64,000 nucleotides of DNA from Orbicella franksi (Eukaryota): contig OZ116704.1 in NCBI GenBank assembly GCA_964199315.1, forward strand, positions 3,720,001-3,784,000. Direction: 5' to 3'. Shown piece after piece: positions 59,801-64,000 of this stretch. Under the pieces are notes generated by a model. It did not search any database. It saw nothing but the letters and a program-made list of their open reading frames with translations, and was not told the origin of the DNA. Both the position numbers and the translations under genes were made by a program. Within the stretch, counting starts at the first letter, position 1, and each line of letters starts with the position of its first letter.

Positions 59801-62800
59801 TATCGAAACTTCCTAAAACGAGCTCTTTTGCAAATAATAAATTTTTATTTATTGAGATAGGCTAGCTTATTTCCTTGATTGTCCTAAATTTATCGTAATG
59901 TGTTGAATACCCAGTACAGCAAATTAAATCAAATTTATCATATCTGTAATAGTTGATTCTCTACGTTTTAGATTTCATTTCTACAAGCACCAGTTTTAAT
60001 CAGCGCCCTTTTCATTTGCCTCCTTTTTTCATCTTTATTTTTTTATTATTATTTTATTTTAGTACAGTGTAACTTCTTTTGGCCCGGTTGTGCTTGATGT
60101 AGGAATGGTGTGTTTGTAATGCCTGCGTTGTTTTCATTTGGTATAACAGCATTGAAAGTAGTAACACAGTGGAGTGATGCTCTTTAAACCAATATTCTGG
60201 ATTTAGTTTTTCATAATGTCTGATTTAATTCCACCAAAAGAAAAAATAGTAAACACAGTTGAGATCGCCATGTTTTGTGGCTTTTCAGGGGTGATTTTAA
60301 ACCTAACTTCGACACTTAGGAACTGAAATTCTATATTCCAACTGAGTTTTGATTTGACTATTGTGTATTTAAAGAAAGTAAAAGAGATCTGTGTGCTGAA
60401 CAGTGGCGCTGAGTTAATTTGTTACAAGGGTTACTGGGCCGTACTCGCTCTGAGTAACACCTAAACCTAGGCACTTTTTATTGCTTACAGTCATCATAAA
60501 CACCCTATAAAATACCCAGGAAGAGAATTTAACCATGGACATGCCCTGGGTTGGCTTGCAATATGCTGTACACAACGTATATGGATCGCAACCCCAAACG
60601 ACATTGCATGATCGTGTGCTGTTGAGTGCAGAGCGACGCACCCCGTTGGCTCAACTTATTTTAAGCAAACGAACTCAACACGGATATCTGTCTCGATTTG
60701 CGCCTCTTGCAACAATTACAAAACGTCTTATACATGTAAGTGACGTAAGGGTGAAAAACAACTTTTATGAATAAAAAATTAAAAGCTACTCTAAGTTGAA
60801 CGCATACGTCTGAAATCACAACCGAGCCATATTGCCTCACAACATGCTATCGTAACACAACAGGTTTGTGCCACAGAAAAAGTGAATTTATGGTTTATAA
60901 CCCAGCGGTAAACTTCGTGCTTTTTCACTCTTAAATGATATGTTTTAATGTTATACATAAGTTTTTCAGTAATGGTCAGCTTTCGTGACTTTCCCGTAAA
61001 CATTTCGCTAATTTGTCCCCACACCTGGGTGAATTGGTTTTCTACGACTGCCTTGTAGCACGCAAGGCGAAATTGAAGGTAACCAACTTAAATGTGTGTC
61101 GAGTCTTAGAACATTAACTCAGAGACCAAATTGAGTAGAATTCACAGTTTTTACGTCTGCCTCTTTTCTGAAAAACTTTCAGGCGTACGAAAACGCTGAC
61201 ACATCAAAAACCATAATTAACTCAGTGTGTGTCCGGTCCAAAGTTGTCGACGGTGAAGCTGCACGATTTTTTTCAAAAAAAAATTGCTTTGAATTGAATG
61301 GGACAAGTAATTTCCAAGGTAATATTTTAGAGCTCGGAGTTTCCATTGAGCACAAGGAAGGTTATAGCTACCGACACGAACTTGGCATTGCTAACGGAAG
61401 CAGATCAACTTTTTTTTTCATTCGTGTTTTGTCATGCGTGACACCCGGAAAACATGCAAACTAGCAACATACGGAGACCATTTAAGGAACACTGCACGAA
61501 ATGCCGAGATAAAAGACTAGCAACAAAAAGCTGTAGTAGGAACTGCGAACGTTAAAATTGAAATCATATTGTAAATAGGCAAACAGACGCCTTTCGAAGA
61601 ACAGCTAATAAATAAATGCACAATGAGCAGTGAGTCATGAGATTGGTCCTACTTTCAAAATTACGCTGCATCTTATAAATAGATCCACTATCGAACCGTT
61701 GAAAATAAACCTGCCAAACAGTAAGAGCAGTATATTCGTTCTCTTCACTTTCGACCTATTTTTCAGGGCGCTCTTCAAATTTTCCCAAGGAGTTTTTCGA
61801 TCGCAAAAGAGAATCCGATAAAGGGAGAACTACAAACTCAGTTCAGGCTTACAAATCCCGGCATTCTTCGGATTCGCTAAAATGCTTACAATAATTTAAC
61901 ATGAGAGGTTCGTTTTCTCTTACACTAAAACAAATGGTAGAAATAGGGCGAAGTAGTCGGATAAATTAAAATTTCCATTTACGGCACCAGGTGGCGGCTA
62001 TTGCATTTCCATAAATACAAGCCCCTTGAGTTGTTAAAGCTTTTTTACTACTTAGAGTGTGCATGTATGATGGCTTTCGTAGGCAATAAAAAGAGCATCC
62101 TTTTCTTAAAACGTCTAATGTATTCATAAACTAAACCTGTTGTTTTGTTTGAAATGGTTATTTTGCAATTAACTCTTGAAGAACAATCTAGTATTTTGCC
62201 ACTAAGTCGAAACCTATTGCAAAGACGCTCTCCGCGCGCCAGCCATGAACAACACCAACACGTGTTTGGTAATCATTTATTAAAAGCGCACTCGGCAAGT
62301 TGGTTTTGATTTTCTGCGTAAATCGTAATTAGCCCCTAATCTTGATCAAAAGAGAGAAAATTAATGGCACGAAGTGGACATCTGCTTTGAAAGGATGAAT
62401 TGTCCAACCACCCCATGTTTTGTGCCGTCATCGTTGCGGTCGTGAAACTGCAAACTCCGAGGATAAAACTAAGATAAGGTATAAACATCACTTCGACAGC
62501 ACTGAAACTATAATCGAGATTTTTCATGACATGCCAAAACAAACGTTATTTCTCGTTTACTAAATGCACATATATGAGGTCTACAGTTCACTAAAATGTT
62601 CATTACAAAATCAAAATTTGCACACACAGGCAAAATTGGTGATGATATTTGAGTAAAATGGAAAAGTATAAATCTTAACTGAATTCTGTTGTGGTTATAC
62701 TGATTTAGAAAGTTTTCATACACTAGTTAAAAAAAAATGTGGCAATCTTAATAAGAGAGGCAAGGGAGGCATCAGAAGCTAAGGGAAACTCTTTCCATCT

Positions 62801-64000
62801 GAATTTTGTGAACAGTACATACCTATATTCTACTCTTATCGCAAATGATGTTCATAATTTCAGCCCAGAATCCGAACCTTTGCCTAACAGACCGTATAAA
62901 ACGATAGCTACATGTTTCGTTGCACGTATTCGTATTTGCCCAATAGGAACAATTCACTGTTGTTCTGATAAAAGAGAAGTACAGCTCTTGAACGAGAAAA
63001 CTAATGCAAATTTTAATTGTGGTCCTTTTCAGTCGATCTCGCGAAGGCTATTTGTTAAGCCTCGGATCGTTGCATTGGCAGATGGTTGTGTTAATTCATA
63101 AATAAATTTAATAAATTTCGTCTGGGTTTGCGATGAGATTAAACCTTGTGCAGAAATATAATTCCTTGATTGAGAGCAAAATATTTTCGGCTGTTTACAC
63201 CTTATACATGGTTGGGTTTTCTTCGCCTGTGACAACCCTGTCCATGTATGTTTTCTAAACTTTGTTAAATGTCTCAGTGGAGAAAATAATAAAGTTTCTT
63301 ATGGTCAAGAACTGATAAAAACTCACATCATGAATGAATAATTTTTAATACAGTGGATATTCAAAACAGCTTTAAAATGTAGGACACAATTTAGCTAGTC
63401 GAAAGTCTGTGGCTCAACATTTGAAAGAAATTCGATATTGAATAACCTAAAACGCATTTCAATCCCTTTGCGACTTTTTCGCTTTTCTGCTTTAATTAAA
63501 AAGCCAATGCAGTTCTGTTGTTATGTCACACAAAGGTTTCCTCAAAAATTCTGCGGAAAATTTTCAATACCTAAATATTTTCCCCTTGAGATCAAAATGT
63601 GTGAATATTCTATACCTCAGTTTATTTTTGCGCACCATGTGGACTGAGTTGCAGATATTAAAACAAAAACAAAGATAACACTTACATTTAGCTCAAATTA
63701 TGCGATAAAAAAGCTTGCTACATATATTTATATGAAATTACTAACAGGGAGATTTTTACAGTAAGGCTTTTCTTTTGCCTGTTCGTGTTGAAAAAATTCG
63801 ACTCAGTGACAATATTTCCCGCGAAATGACTTTCAATGGTGAACTCGTAAATGTTTTACTACACGCTCCCTTCAACCTTAGCCTTGAACAATAATTTGAG
63901 ATATGACAACCTTGGCCCGTCACTTGAATGAAAGCTTTTTGGCGATTTCGACATATTTGGATTGAATATCGATCTTAAATAAATAAAGAAAATTACTTGC

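Noticed and set aside
59000-64000. Short ORFs of 60-120 aa in the last 5 kb
   Set aside because: No homology signatures or coherent exon chain; treated as Dscam upstream/intergenic DNA.

Overview
Eukaryotic, intron-rich animal DNA. A cnidarian origin, probably a stony coral, is inferred from gene content and recalled repeat families and was not tested by search. Five protein-coding loci are supported. (1) A neuropeptide-type class A GPCR (minus, 72-1155) split by one extra base in an A8 run. (2) A 9-finger C2H2 zinc-finger gene (plus). (3) A CCDC160-like coiled-coil gene (plus). (4) ANKMY1 with MORN, ankyrin and MYND domains (plus, 12 exons rebuilt in frame). (5) A Dscam-like receptor (minus, 19-20 coding exons rebuilt in frame; Ig9-FN4-Ig-FN1-TM-tail, i.e. 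one FN3 fewer than canonical Dscam; signal-peptide exon uncertain). Introns and intergenic DNA carry CORE-type SINEs, LINE 3' stubs, MITEs and hairpins. The most unusual feature is a very young 555-bp insertion with a 12-bp target-site duplication in a Dscam intron. It is built from a 251-bp unit in tandem plus inverted arrangement, and each orientation carries a complete but non-canonical tRNA-like gene. About 15 kb (1.2-16.4 kb) and the last 5.5 kb show no supportable coding sequence.
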